This document shows, in pieces, positions 35,883 to 50,434 of a stretch of DNA of 64,000 nt. Origin of the DNA: Octopus sinensis (lineage: Eukaryota); NCBI RefSeq assembly GCF_006345805.1, contig NC_042997.1, positions 61,318,001-61,382,000 on the forward strand, read 5' to 3'. How positions within the stretch are numbered: position 1 is the first letter of the stretch; the number at the start of each line of letters is the position of its first letter. The notes below the pieces were generated by a model. That model did not search any database. It was not told where the DNA came from and worked only from the letters and a program-made list of their open reading frames with translations. A program made the position numbers and the translations under genes.

Positions 35883-37344
35883 GTGTTGAGATTCATATTT
35901 ATCTGAAATGATTTGAAAAATATACATTATATGTTTTAGATACCTGCTTACTATTGGTGTACCTTACTCATGGCTCATGTCCTTAGAAAACAGTGGGAAA
36001 TTTTGTCAAAAATTTTCCAAGTCAGTCTATGCCATGCTAAAACTCTTCTTTCTCCTTCTTCAGACATTAGTTATGGCTTTGCTGGGTTTTTTTAAATCTC
36101 AGAGATTATGATGGTTTTCTTCTTGAGGAGGCATCCAGGTATTGCTTCAGGCTCTTTCATTAGATTATTACATATTTTTGTCAGTATTCTGTGTGAAATA
36201 AATCAAATGGATGTTAGATTGATGTATGAAGAACTAGTGACTTTCAGTTGTTCATCTTTTTCTTTTCTTTTTTTTTTTTGTAGCTGCTGAGCTAGTTCTT
36301 GAATTGGTATTGCTTTTCGTGATCGTTCAGTTGCTAGGATTATTTTTTGAAACACACTTGTCCATAGCAACCCCTTCAAATTCCTGTACATATCTTGTTG
36401 GCAAATATATGATATTTTATTTCCATATTGACCAAATCATTGTGGATTAGCATAAAACTGTTTTGTTTTGTTCAGAGTCATTGCTACTTTTCATAATGCC
36501 AGACTTTTTGTGATTTATCAGATAAATTAAGTGGAAGTATATGGCTTAAGATTGGGATTTAAATTCCTGGACTGAGTGATGCATTGATTTCTTGAGGAAA
36601 ATACTTCATTTCACATTGCTCCAGTTCACTATGTTGAAAAAATTGAGTATTCCTGTGATGGACTGGTGTTCCATCCAGGGGTAGTATATATGCCACTGAA
36701 TCCAGTCTGTATGACTCAGGGAGGAGTTTTTTTTTTATTAAGATAAGTTTTAATTTATACTTTTCTCTGTTTTACTTATTGTTTAAATTTTGATATTCCT
36801 ATATGGGTAGTGGTACTGCATAAATTATTTAATTTTGTTTTTTACATCTGTTTTCATTAAACATATCAAAGACAAGTTTGCATTATTTGTTGCCCTTGCT
36901 GTTTTATGACAAAGTTCTATTATTGATAGAAGGGTGCTTTTGTTTGTTTGTAGTAATGTCTGCTATCAATTTTGATTGTTTAACTATTTCAACCTTTATT
37001 GTATGGTAAAGATAAAGATACTTCCTGAGTCAAATAGACTCATAGGGCCTGTTTCCCAGTTTCAATGGTATATATATTCACCTCCTGGTTGGGACACTGG
37101 GCAGGATCGCAGGATTACTCACTTTTGCCAGCTGAATGAACCAGAGATAATGTGAAATGCAGTGTTTTGCTCCAGAGCACAATGCATTGCTTGGCCAAGC
37201 AATCGAAACTACAATCTTTTGATCATGAGTTCAACACCCTAACCTCTAAGCCACATGTCTCCATACCTTTCCATTTAAAAATTTTTCTATTCTTAAATTT
37301 TCTTACAATCCATTTTATTCCTGTTTTCATTAGTGTAGAACTTA

Positions 37345-37575
37345 CACCTGAATGTTAAGAGGAGTATCTTGGAGAACTCATCCCATCAAAGAACAGCTGC
37401 ATGGAGATCTACCTCTTTCCACCATCATAAGGGAAAGGTTCTTGCATTTTGTGGAACATTGCTGGTGAATTTAACAAAAACTGGCAAGTGACCTCTGCAA
37501 AGACCTCCCTCAATTAATGCAGGACCAAGATGGATGGCATGCACAGGTTAAAGATATTTGAGCAAGCTTGACTAG
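37345..37575 (+). mobile_element. RTE-clade LINE 3' fragment (related to the 11206 family)
   Basis: SWRTHPIKEQLHGDLPLSTIIRER..HF.EHCW...LASDL...DLPQLMQDQDGW. Confidence 0.55.
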
Positions 37576-40328
37576 ATAATGATATGAATTCTGGTCTGCT
37601 GTTTGCTGCTCAGTATTCTGTAGGAGTTCTAGGTTTTCATTTTATTATTTTGCTATTTATTTTATTTGTTTCACATGTGCTAGATCTGTTTTTGTGGTTT
37701 ATAGTCTCAATGTTTATATCAAAATGCTTTTATTGTCATTGCCTACAGTTTTATTGTTATTTTGTTTGAGGTTTTTATTTTCCTCATATATTCCCCAAAG
37801 TGTCTCTATTTGTGGATTTTATATCTGTATAAAGTATTTTAATAGCATTGTTACCTGTTGAAGAATACCATACAGCTGTCGTATCTTCAACATTTTTTTC
37901 TCTGAGAACAGAATAAGAAGTCTTTTAGCCTTTCTGTTATCAAAATGGTAACAAAATGGCAAAAGCTGAGAAATATATTTTGTTTCTAACTTAGGCACAA
38001 GCTCAGAAGTTTGCAGGTAGGGAGCAGTCAATTATACTTAGTCAATACTTGACTGGTACTTTGTTTTAATGACTCTGAAGGATGAAAGATAAATTGATCT
38101 GAGTGGATTTTGAACTCAGAATGTAAAGCACCAAAAGAAATACTACCAAGTGTTTTGTTTGATATTTGACTGTTTTGCCAATTTGCCTCTAAAGTATATT
38201 AGCAACACTTCTAGATTGCAATTATTGAATTATTTCTTTAAAGGTTCATTGAATTGATGATGCCTTGACTCAAGTTTGACACTTTAGATTTTTTCTTTAG
38301 AATTGATTCCACAATAAGTAACAGAAGATTAAAAATTATTTTGTTGTATAACTTAGCAGAAATAGAAAGTAAAGATAAGATACCCCTCAATAGTCAGTTG
38401 GCAATATGAGGGCACCTTGCTTTGAAACAGGAATTATTTATTTAAAAAAAAAAAAGCTTTATGATGGGATAAAGTATGTGCATTTTAATTCAATCAAAAT
38501 AGTATTTCATTCATATGTAATAAAAAACTAATGAAAAATATAAGCTTTAACAGAAGAATTTAGCAATATCATTTCACTCAGGAAAATCACGCTCCATGTT
38601 TTTCATATCTAAAGATAACCTGATTTCACTTAAACACTGAAGAAACCTTTCAAGTACTCGACCAAAACTCAATAATTTTACAATATTGTACATTATGAAA
38701 ATATTGTAAACTGATTTAATTTCATTTAGAAATAAATTGAATTTTCTTTTAAGTAAAGTCTTAGCAGCTATGAAATTGATTTTGCCACAATTCTTACCAC
38801 TTCATGAAAATTTTTACAGCCTAGTTCACACAGTTCTTTTTGTAAATTAAAATTGAAAGAAAGAGTTGGGCAACGGTTTTTCTAAATTACTTTATATAAT
38901 GAATATTTCAACCTACCATATTTTTGGCAAATATATTTGTCTTTCATGAATTATTTTACATGCCTTTTCCTAGCTTAATCAATTTCTCATAAATAGATTG
39001 TCTGAAAATATTTTAGTTAAATTTAACATGACGCTAAACGATGATGATGATGATCACCATTTGGATATTTACAGGCCCAAAGCTGATTACATAAAAACTT
39101 CATTGGTAAGAATACTGTATTCTTCCAAGAAATCAGGCAGTCCCCCACCCCACCAATTTCTCTTTGCATACTAAAAGTAAATTTAGCAGCCATAAACTTA
39201 TTTTTGCATTAGAGTCCTCTGGGACTAGTAAAAAAAATTGTAGGATATAATATAGTCAAGAATTCAACATAAATTATGATAGGACACTTTTGACTCTTCA
39301 GCAGAATTATGAAGACTCTAGTGGGAAATAAGTTATTTTTAAGATAGCCCCAAATGTCAGAGCTAACATACATGCTGATATAGATTTGTTATGGAAGTGG
39401 CTATCAAAATCTTCTTGTGATGAAAGGAGAAAAATTAGCCCACTAATAATGGAGTTTACACTGTTCTTGATTGCAGATGAAATAATTAGTCTGTCGCTAT
39501 CAACAGATTGATAATAGTCAATATCAGTGTGAGGATGAAAGAATCTGTGCTCTTGTATGGCAAATCACTTATATCTTTGCATCTTTTACTTGTTCTTGTA
39601 TGACTTATAATATTTTAAGTTTGAGCATTGAAAGTGTTAATTAGAAATTATAGAAGAACAGAGGTGACTTCTTCAAAGGCTTCCTTGTGGTAAACAAGTT
39701 CTGAAATGAGACCTAATGTGAAAGGGCCTGAATCAAACATCATAGGTCTACTAATTTGTACAGTTCCTTGATGTTTTTGAACCATGGTGCAATTAATTAT
39801 GCAATGCACTTTTCCAGAAAAATAATTGATATGACTACATGCATCATGTAATCATATCAGTTGACCACTAACCCTTGTTTTTATTCAGAAACCATATCTC
39901 TTGGGGATTACCAGCTAAAGTTAAAGAGCTCATTATCTGCCAATGTGATATGATTATCCTCTGCTAGATATCAATCATGTATTTCAGTAGTTTTTGCCAC
40001 AACCTTGTACAAGGACTCATACCAAATACAGTCAACTGTAGCCATCTAAAACTGGAACTCATGTCAGATGGAATCATCATTCCCTGAAGTAGTGATTGAA
40101 GTCACTGCCTTGATGGTGAGATAATGACCATAATTTCAGTGTGATTCATGAGCACCCTTCTTTTTCTTTAATAATTATGATACTTTGAGTATCATAAATA
40201 CAATAAATACAATAAATGCTGCCTGTTCAGATATAAAACTAATACTGGATGCATGAATGTAAAATGGATTTCCTCCCCCAAACAGCAATGCTATGGTTAG
40301 TTTGCAACAAATATTTGGAGTTTGGAAG

Positions 40329-41135
40329 GTGGTGAGCTAGCAGAATTGTTAGCATACCAGACAAAATGCTTAGCAGCATCTATTCTGGTTTTACATTGTG
40401 AGTTCAATTCGGTCAAGGTCTGCTTTGTCTTTCAGGATCAATGAAATAAGTACCAATTGAGCACTGGGGTCAATGTAATTGACTAACCTGCATCTCCAAA
40501 GTTTCAAGCCTTGTGCTTATAGTAGAAAGAATTATTTGGAATTTCAATGTTTGCTTGAAGCTAATCCCTTAAAATTAATCTTTCACATTCTTGTTGAGCC
40601 AGTTCTCTGATATGGCTAAGAAATGCTATATGTAAGGTTCTAATGGAACATCCAGGGTATGACTACTGGAGAGAGAGAGGAGGAGAGGGAGAGAACAGTG
40701 GGGTATACCAACACAAGGAAAGAATCGTTTCTTTATTGACCTTGACCCTAGAAGGGTGAAAGACAAATCTCACCATGATGGTAAGATTTGAGTTCAGAGT
40801 ACAGAAAGCCAGAACAAATATCGTAACATATTTTATCTGACACCAACAACTTTTACAATCAATCATCTAAAATAATGTTGCAATTATTGATTATATTTGT
40901 TATTATAACATTCAATGAGGTATGAAGATGACAGAATTGGTTAGCACATTAGACAAAATACTTAGCGGCATTTCTTCTGAATTTTATATTGAGTTGAAAT
41001 TCTGTTGATGTTGACTTTACCTTTCAACCTTTTGGGCTCAATACAATTAGTACCATTTGAGCATTGGGCTTGATGTGCATCAACTAGCCCCTTCCCCATA
41101 AAATTTCATGTCTTGTGCCTGTAGTAGAAAGGATT
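40329..41135. mobile_element. Three Meta-like tRNA-SINE copies (+ 40329-40535, - 40700-40868, + 40918-41135)
   Basis: Repeated head, B-box and central domain in alternating orientation. Confidence 0.7.
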
Positions 41136-41383
41136 ATATACATTCAGTGGACATACTTGTGTCAGAAAAAACCCCTAAGATTTTTGCACAGATTGACTAG
41201 TAAAATGTGGCTGGAGCATCATCACCTGAGCCAATCATGCTATTTTGATTATATAACTCTACAGAAAAGATTAAGCGAATTCCTACTGATGTCTGAAATT
41301 CAAACAGTTTAAAAGCAAGTTGATTGGTAGATGTTAGAATAAAATCAATGGATTAATGCACACATAGATACATAAAAGTGCAT

Positions 41384-41501
<118 letters not shown>

Positions 41502-42494
41502 ACAAGATTTATAGCCAAGTTATATGCCATTAAAAATACTTTTGCCTACTTATCATTTATCATGTAGATGGTGCCTGAAAACTTCAATTTGTATGCTAGT
41601 TTCTTCTCTCCCCACTCTACTGTTCCTTGCTTTCTCTCTCTCAACAAATATTTGCTATTGCATGTTCACAGAGTTGATTCAATCTTCAACACTTCAGCTA
41701 TTATAACAGGATTATATATATGTCTACTGAAGATTCCAAGCGAGAGAGACTGTTCAGATTTATCTCCCATATGTATTGATAAAAAGAAAGCAATTACTCA
41801 ATTTTCTTTTTCTGTATATCAAATATATTCAACTTTTTTATTGTTTCAAGCATGAAAAATATTTTCATTCATATAACTGTTACGGCAAGACACTTGTTAC
41901 AAATTCAACTATCTAAATATTCAAATTACTTCAATTTAATTAAGAATACATTTTTTCAATCATTTCAGTCACTAGTTAAAGTTATGGTGGATGTTTAAAA
42001 ATAAAGATGTGTGTATGTGCATATATGTGTGTCTGGTGCATGTGTATGTATGTGGCCAGTTACATCATTGAAAGACACTTTACTGCATTGTTCACCTAGA
42101 GATAACATCGCTTATTGACATACTTTATTTAAAAACACAATATATATTAGAGAGAGATGAAAATTGTACCAGCAGCAAGAACAGCTGATTCATTTCAGCC
42201 TTATACTCTTAATCAACCACATGCTTAGACAAAATTCATTGCTTCCAATATATAGGAAACACTGAAGAAACAGCCACTGGTATTGCAAATAGGCATCTGG
42301 CTGACTAAAAGTCCACTAAATGTAACTTTTAAATCAAAGGCATTTTCTTCTTTCCTTTTTATAGAAGAGCGTAAGCTTGAAACATCAAAGACTTCTTCCA
42401 TTTATGTTGAGTAATAAATTAATACACTCTGTTTGTTGTTCTTTCAGCTTATCGTTGTGTTTTTGTTTTGCATCTTTGGACTATATATATATAT

Positions 42495-43736
42495 ATGCTC
42501 AGGGGCAATAAACTCTGGAAATGTGCAGAGAACAACTTCTGTCGCATTCCAGGGAGAAAAACTAGAAGTAGTTGATAGCTTCCATTACCTAGGTGACCAA
42601 GTCATTTGTAGGGGTGGATGCTCTGAAAATGTAGCTGTTAGAATAAGAATAACCTGGGAAAAGTTCAGAGAGATCCTACTTCTGCTGGTGACAAATGGCC
42701 TCTTGCTCAGAGTAAAAGGTAGATTGTATGATGCATGTGTATGAACAGCCATGCTATATGGCAGTGAAACATGAGCAGTGACTACTGAGGACATGCGTAA
42801 GCTTGGAAAGAATGAAGCCAGTATGCTCCACTGGATGTGTAATGTCAGTGTGCATATGTGACAGAGTGTAAGCACCTTCAGAGAAAAGTTGGACCTAAGA
42901 AGCATTAGATGCACTGGTATGGACATGTAGTGTGAATGGATGAGGACAGCTATGTGAAAAAGTGTCACACCCTAGCAGTTGAGGGAATCTGTGGAAGAGG
43001 TAGACCCAAGAAGACCTTGGGATGAGGTGGTGAAGCACGACCTTCTAACATTGGGTCTCACCAAAGCAATGATGAGTGACTGAGACCTATGGAAATATGC
43101 TGTGCTTGAGAAGACCCGGCAAGCCAAGGGAGATCATAACCCGTGGCCTATGCCAGCAGTGTAACCAGCCTACTTATGTGTTGCTTGCGAAAACCAGTTA
43201 AGGCAAGTGAAATCACAATTAAAATCAAATTCGTTGATGTAGCCACTGACAGCACCGCCTGACTGGCACCCGTGCCAGTGGAATGTTAAAAGCACCATCC
43301 AAGTGTCATTGTTGCCAGGGCCGCTGACTGGCTCCCATGCTGGTGGCACATAAAAAGCACCATTCAAGCGTGATCGTTACCAGTGTTGCTTTACTGGCAC
43401 TTGTACTGGTGGTATGTGAAATGCAACATTTGAGCAAGGTCGTTGCCAGTGCTGCTGGACTGATTCCTGTGCAGGTGGTACATAAAAAACCACCATTTGA
43501 GTTTGGCTATCGTCAGTACCGCCTGACTGACGCTCATGCTGGTGTACGTAAAAGTACTCACTACACTCTCGGAGTGGTTGGCATTAGGAAGGGCATCCAG
43601 CTGTAGAAACTCTGATTTAGTAGATCAGATTGGAACCTGGTGCAGCCATCTGGCTTGCCAGTCCTCAGTCAAACCACCCAACTCATGCCAGCTTGGAAAG
43701 TGGATGTTAAACGATGATGATGATGATGATGATGAT
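42495..43736 (+). mobile_element. 5'-truncated, older RTE LINE copy (same family as 31448)
   Basis: FQGEKLEVVDSFHYLGDQV...RVKGRLYDACV*; 3' UTR modules; (GAT)n tail. Confidence 0.9.
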
Positions 43737-44206
43737 ATATGTATCTTGTAATTGTATTATCTGAGATTTTTACTACATCATTAAATTATACTCTTTATCT
43801 AATTTGTAATGGTCATCTTTCTCTCCATTCAGTACAGATTCTCCATTTTACTGCAAAAATGACCCCCCTACTCAACACACCCTTTCAACTGTAGTTTAGA
43901 GTTCAATTCAGTTTTGTTGTTGTACAACTGAATTCAATGAGAGTGAATGTTGTCAATAAATGCATTTTTCTCTCACTGCCATGACAATTAGGTCACATAA
44001 GCAACAGATGGTACAGTTTCAATGATACATCATGACAAAATTATATAGATCCTAATTTATGTCTGTGTGTATATATAGAATCATTTTGAATGGAACAGGT
44101 TACTTCATTTATTTCTTTTTAATGTTGTGAGGGTAGGACAATGCTCCTGTTTTTGCAAACCTTTGGAGACTGTTGAGATTGATATGACTAGTGTTCAGTA
44201 TATCAA

Positions 44207-44422
44207 CCATTTAGCATTCAGATTTCTTTGTCAAGTGTATTATTTATTCACATTGTTCTGAATTAATCACACATTATCCTGTTGTTTCAAGATTTCAATG
44301 GTGCTTTTGTATATTTTTAGGGTGATATTGTTGGGTAGGTGTGAGAGGTTGGATCTGATTAGTTTTAACATAATACATGGAGAATATTTGGGTCAGATAT
44401 GGCTTAATTAAATACTAAAGTG
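44207..44422. mobile_element. piggyBac-type MITE (older copy)
   Basis: TCAA|CCATTTAGCAT...ATACTAAAGTG|TTAA; inverted homolog of 56774-56998. Confidence 0.65.
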
Positions 44423-44479
44423 TTAAACATTTGTAAATCAATGTCTGCAGGAAAATCTTGAGTTAGTTGATGTTCAAGG

Positions 44480-44810
44480 GACGAAAGAATGGTCAAGGGA
44501 ATTAGCATAGGGTTTGTAAGCAGTAAGTGATACATAGTATGGATAACAAGATGAAAGAGAGGGATGTGTTGAATGGGTTAGCTGGTGATGGTATAAGAGT
44601 GCTTCTGAACAGCAGAAGAAAAGACAGAGTAAGGAAACTCCATATAGGAATTAGAGGTTGAATTGTGTATTTTCCTATCAGGTAGATAGCCTTCTTTTGA
44701 ATGATGTCTAGGATGTTTATGTGTAGCAGTGGCACCATCCCAGATGTTGGAGCAGTATTCTACTTTGAGTTTTAGATGAACTTTGTACAGAATCAACAGT
44801 TAATCAAAGC
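44480..44810 (-). pseudogene. CR1/Jockey-like LINE RT C-terminal remnant
   Basis: ILYKVHLKLKVEYCSNIWDGA then LDIIQKKAIYLIG across a frameshift. Confidence 0.6.
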
Positions 44811-45787
44811 CAGGTTTTAATTTTGTGTTCAGAGTGTCATCAATCATGATGGATAATAGCATAAAATACATGGTTTCTAGGGGCTACCAAAGGTAAGTAG
44901 CATGAAAAACATAGCTTCTATGGGTTACTGCTCAATATTTCCTTATGATTGGGAGGCTAGGTTGATAATAAGGTTACATCAAGATAATAAAAGATGTATT
45001 GTAAACCTAACCTATCTTACTATAACAATGCTCTAAACATTGCTGGGATGTACTCATTGTCATATGCAACAGCTGATGAACTGTAAACAATCACTTTTCC
45101 AATGTCAGAGTACTCTTTTATACAACATTTTCAAGGTACTCGTCCAGCTAAGGCTTTCAAAATAAGTGTAGATAAGCAAATGTATTAGCTAACCTGAAGT
45201 TATGTGCACATGTACACACACACACACACACACACATGTTGACTGAAAATGTACTGAATGTACTTGTACTATTTTACTATTAGTTCAACTGGATAAGTAC
45301 AAGCTATTGCCTAACTCTAGGTCAGTTGTCATTCAACAGGCCTAGGGTCAAAAGTATACAAAAGAACATGACATCATTTTTGAGGGATGTATAAGACTAC
45401 ATTGCCTTCCTGTTTTTAATACAGTGGGAAGTGATTTGAGGGACATTTGGTACCTTTTCCTAGCAGGTCAAGCAACCACATAATGACTCTTCTTAGAGCT
45501 CAATAAGTGCAGGCTAGTATAAAGTTATGAAAGATGAGCAGCTGATATCTGATTGAGGAGAGAAAAGGCAACTGCTTATGTTGGTGTAGGCATGGCTATG
45601 TGGTCAAGAATATTTGCAACCACATGGATTTGGGTTTGTTCCCATTGTGTGGTACTGCAAGCAGTTGTCTTCTACTATAGCCACAGGTTGACCACTGCTT
45701 TATACATGGGATTGGTGGTGGGAAACTGTACAGAAGCCCACCATATATATACATGTATAATTACATACACGCAGACAGATACAGATA

Positions 45788-45820
<33 letters not shown>

Positions 45821-47841
45821 TTATACATTCAAGTATACAAGGTGTGTGTATTTGTACCCTGACATTATTTATATGCTTAAGCTTAAAAGATATCACCATT
45901 TAGGTGGAGGTGCTGCTGTTTACATTTCTCATAGAAACAAATAAATACTTTATTTCAAAACAAGGATTGGCAATAGGAAGTGCATCTGACCTTCAATACT
46001 GCCTCAGCAAGTTTCATCTAGTATTAAAAATATGCACGTAAAATTCCTGATGACAATGATAAGGCGACTGGATGCAAAACTTGATTCCCAGAATCTCCAT
46101 CTGAAATGTAGCTTTTGAGGTATACTCACTACTTAAAACTGCTTGCAGCAGTAGCTTACACATGTCGACTTTGGTTCAATGTATGGAAATTTTGAACAAG
46201 GTAAATATGTTTTTAATATGCTTTGGTATATAGTGAACTAAAACCAACACTTGTAATCTACAGTTACCAAAGTTATAAAGGTTTCCACATAGCATTAAAG
46301 ATATTTCCATTTATGTCAACAAAACCACCCCACATAAGTTCTCATTTAGACACTATTTTTCTCAAGGAAATTATCATTGGGTTCCACTTAGTTCCTGTAA
46401 TGCATGAATGTGCTAGAGTAAATCTTATTTATTCATGTCTTATTGTTTTTAGTAACAATCTTTTTATGATCTCTGTATCTATAGTTCAAGTACCAAGCAT
46501 ATCAAAGTTCATTGGTGTTTCATCCTTGTTTCACATATTGTGTATTATGTAGCAACAGAAATTTGAAATTTTAACATAAAGATTTACTACTAATTTCTGT
46601 ACTATTTTAGTTTCTATCTCAGTACTAGATCATTTCTTTTTAATGCACATAAACACACAAGCACATTTTGTGTTTATGTGCATTATGGTTTACATACAAA
46701 TATCTATTTCAGGTTTTAAGTTTAAATGAAATAACTTTTATTTGAAATTGTCGATTTGTTGTGAATGATTATCACGTCTGTATCATTTACAATTGAGTTA
46801 ATGCATTATAAACAGATTTATTTATTTATGTATTTACTTATTATTTGTTAGTGCATGATTATGAACACTTTGCTTGTGAGAAATGTTAACTGCTTCATCT
46901 GACTTAGGTGATGTATGATTGATAACAACTTTCATAACATTTGTCATATTAACTTGTGAACAAAATGAATAGTAATACAATTTTTAGATAACTGGAATAT
47001 TATATTTATTGTTTACTATACGATACACTACTTTTCTTTTTGTCTTGTTGAAAGTATGATTAACAATGTGATTGCCAAAGTGGTAATAAAATCAAATATG
47101 AAACTTAGTTTGGCATGAAAAGAAACATGTTAAGGTTAAATTTTGTGCATTTAATTCATCATAATTTTGAAAAGAAAACAAGTAAAAGAATGTATTGTAA
47201 TGATATACATATCCTCCATCAATTGAATAAACAAGGTTGAACAAGAAAAGTTCCAGAAAAATTAGTTCCCATTTTTCAACAACGATATATGTTCCTTTGC
47301 TAACACATAGTTCTAAAATAAAGTTCTGTATTATTAATTATGAAGAATTTGTGGTATTTTCCAATCAGATTCTGAAGATAATTTACTGTTGAATATTTTT
47401 TTTCTTCCAAAACTGAAACTATGTCTTCAAAATCATTATAAAATGTTTAGTTTTTTTTTCTCTCCTCTAATTGGAAGATGGTGACTACTTTATATTTTCC
47501 ACACATCAAACATGTTCTGTAAGCAAAAGATTTGATTCTACTGCCTTTATAATGTTTGTGTATTTGAATGATTGCTTGAATATCCAAACTGCTATCTTAA
47601 AACTTTTAAGCTAAAACATTCTGTGATAATAATGCAAAACTACTGGTTTTGTTCGTTTTCCCTTAATTGTTACTATTGAAAATTTACATATAAGGTCAGC
47701 AACCTATCTCTGTTCATTCAGCATGTTATATACTAAGTGAGCTTTAGCTTATATGGAAAAGGAAACCATTTATGCGTTGTCAATGAAATACACCTGAGCA
47801 CTTCATACAAGTTCATCATCATTATCTTAATAATAATAATG

Positions 47842-48186
47842 ATTTCAAATTTTGGCACAAGGTCAGCAATTTTGGGGAAGAGTAAATCAATTACATCAAC
47901 CTCAGTGCTTGACTGGTACTTATTTTATTGATCCCAAAAGGACCAAAGGCAAACTTGACCTTGGTGGAGTTTGAACTCAGAACATAAAGATGGATGAAGC
48001 ATGCCAGGTAAAATGCCTAGCGACATGTCATCCATCTTTACGTTCTCAGTTCAAATCCTGCCAAGGTCAACTTTGCCTTTCATCCTTTTGGGGTCTATGA
48101 AATAAGTACCTGTTACTCGCTGGGGTTGATGTAATCGACTAGCCCCTTTCTCCATAATTTCAGACCTTGTGCCTATAATAGAAAGG
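47842..48186. mobile_element. Head-to-head pair of Meta-like SINEs
   Basis: Minus copy at about 47842-47998 and plus copy at about 48000-48186. Confidence 0.75.
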
Positions 48187-49337
48187 ATTATTATTATTAT
48201 TATTATTTGTACATATGAGCCAATGAAGGTTTGTCTTCTCAGTTACTCAACCCACTACAACAGCTGCTAAATCTTCCACATACCATTTCTCTTTCCCTAA
48301 AGCAGGAAGTACACATTAGCTTCCAGATATCCCTAAAAATGTGGTATGGTCATGGCTGGAGTTCCTCTAGTCATATGTCTACTTGATCAGGGCTGGCCTT
48401 GGGCTAAACAACAAAAACATAAGTATGTGGCAATACAATTTCTTTCAGATCAAAAGCATTCTGACTGTAATTGTCCTGTCTTTTTCTTTTCTTTTAGTAC
48501 ATCACAAATTACTTTGTTCAGTATATTTAAAATGGTAGAATTTGATTTGAGGAAATTTGACAGCTATTTCTAACAGGTCAGGTAATTGCATAGAGGTTTT
48601 CTCATTGAATTTTAGAATGATTTTCAGTTTTACAGGTTTATTGTTGTTTTTAGGACAGAGTTCTTCTTGTCTTGTGGTAGCTATTTACAATTAGATGGTC
48701 AAAGTCTTTTGAGTTTTTGGTGTTTTCCCTATACACAATACTATGCTAGCAATAGGGTATTGAAATATGGCCTTCTGGCAGCTCAGGTATTCTGAGCTAA
48801 CATAGTAAAATGTATGTAACTTAGTAAATAAAAATCTTTGTAAGACATAATCATTATCATAATTTTACTATGCTGGTATAAGTTCAATGGCTCAATGCAC
48901 TCCAAGTCAGTTCTTACACAAGGTTCTTGATTTCTTAGATAGGTTAGGAATCTTGCCTTGCCCATTTGATCAATTTTGACATGGTTTTTGTGGTTCAGTG
49001 CCTTTCCTATCACCAACTGCTTTAAAGACTGTACTGTGTGAATATTATTTACTGGCCTTGTAGAGGTTGTCTTGTCTTTGGTAACACTAAAGACTTCTCT
49101 CAGTGTTGTCTTCATTCATTTATTCACCAGTACCAGCTGAATATCCTTCTTAATGCCAACCACTTTACAGAGTGTACTGGGTGCCTTTTATCTGTGACAC
49201 CAGCTCTAGTAAGGTTTACCAAGTACTTGCATTATCCATTGACCGAGCTAGGTATAATATTGAAGGATGTGAAAGTATGATAGAGAAACAGGAACAGGTT
49301 TCTTGTTTAGGAGGTAGATACATGGCTTTCCCAGCTG

Positions 49338-49376
<39 letters not shown>

Positions 49377-49576
49377 GATGATGATGATGACCATTACACC
49401 TTCAAGGTAAAGGGTGATATATGAGAGAATAGGGATAGAGGAACAGAAAAGGTAGGTAAGTGTACTAGACTATGAAAAAGTGTATGACTTGGTTAGATGC
49501 ATCATTCAAATGCCTTCTGTGAATTTGTTGTCTCAAATTCCTCTTTATAACATCTAATATTATTTACATAATTGAA

Positions 49577-50400
49577 GTGGTGATATAGCAGAATCTTTAG
49601 CATGCCAAGCAAAATGCTTAGTGGCATTTCATCCATCCTTACCTTCTGAGTTCAAATTCCACCAAGGTTGACTTTACTTTTCATCTTTTGGGGATCAATA
49701 AAATAAATACCAGCTGAGTGCTTGGGTTGATGTAATCAACTGTCTCCTCCCCTAAAATTGTTGACCTTGTGCCAAAATTTTGAAACAATATTATTTACAT
49801 AATTAAGGTTGTGATCTGGCACAATCATTAGCACACCAGGCAAAATGTTCAGCAGCATTTCGTTCGTCTTTACATTCTGAGTTCAAATTCTGCTGAGGTC
49901 ATCTTTGCCTTTCATCTTTCCTGGATTGATAAAAAATGTACCAGTTGAACACTGAGGTCAGTATAATTGACTTACCCCTTCCCCTGAATTTGCTGACTCT
50001 GTGAAACCAATATTTGAAACCAATATTACTTACATAATTTTTCATAATTTCATTCATGGGATTATGTCTCTTAGCAAACATTAAATTGAAGAGGGGCATT
50101 TGCTGTACTGGTCTCCAATACATAAAGAATATTTATATATGTTTTATAACCTATCCTGCTATACTAAGTAACTGAACAATTTTGGAGTTGGTATATAGTA
50201 GTGGCCATTTGGTTGTCAGAACTATGAATATTTCTCTGTGATTAGTTGATGGGTTTGTAATGATATTTTCATATTCCAACAGGGAAAAAAAATGTCTTAG
50301 AAAATCCCATTGGAATTCAGTAAAAGGAGTCAGTAAAACTTAAGCAAAAATGGTGATAATGTGGGTCTAAAGATCAAAGCTGTGATGATGCAATTATGTT

Positions 50401-50434
<34 letters not shown>

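Noticed and set aside
39075-39105. 31-nt AG...GTAAG micro-exon (PKADYIKTSL)
   Set aside because: Weak pyrimidine tract and no match to the expected FAM20B sequence.
46223-49115. ORFs 46223-46552 (109 aa) and 48783-49115 (110 aa)
   Set aside because: No recognisable motif or consistent splice signals; expected by chance or from decayed TEs.
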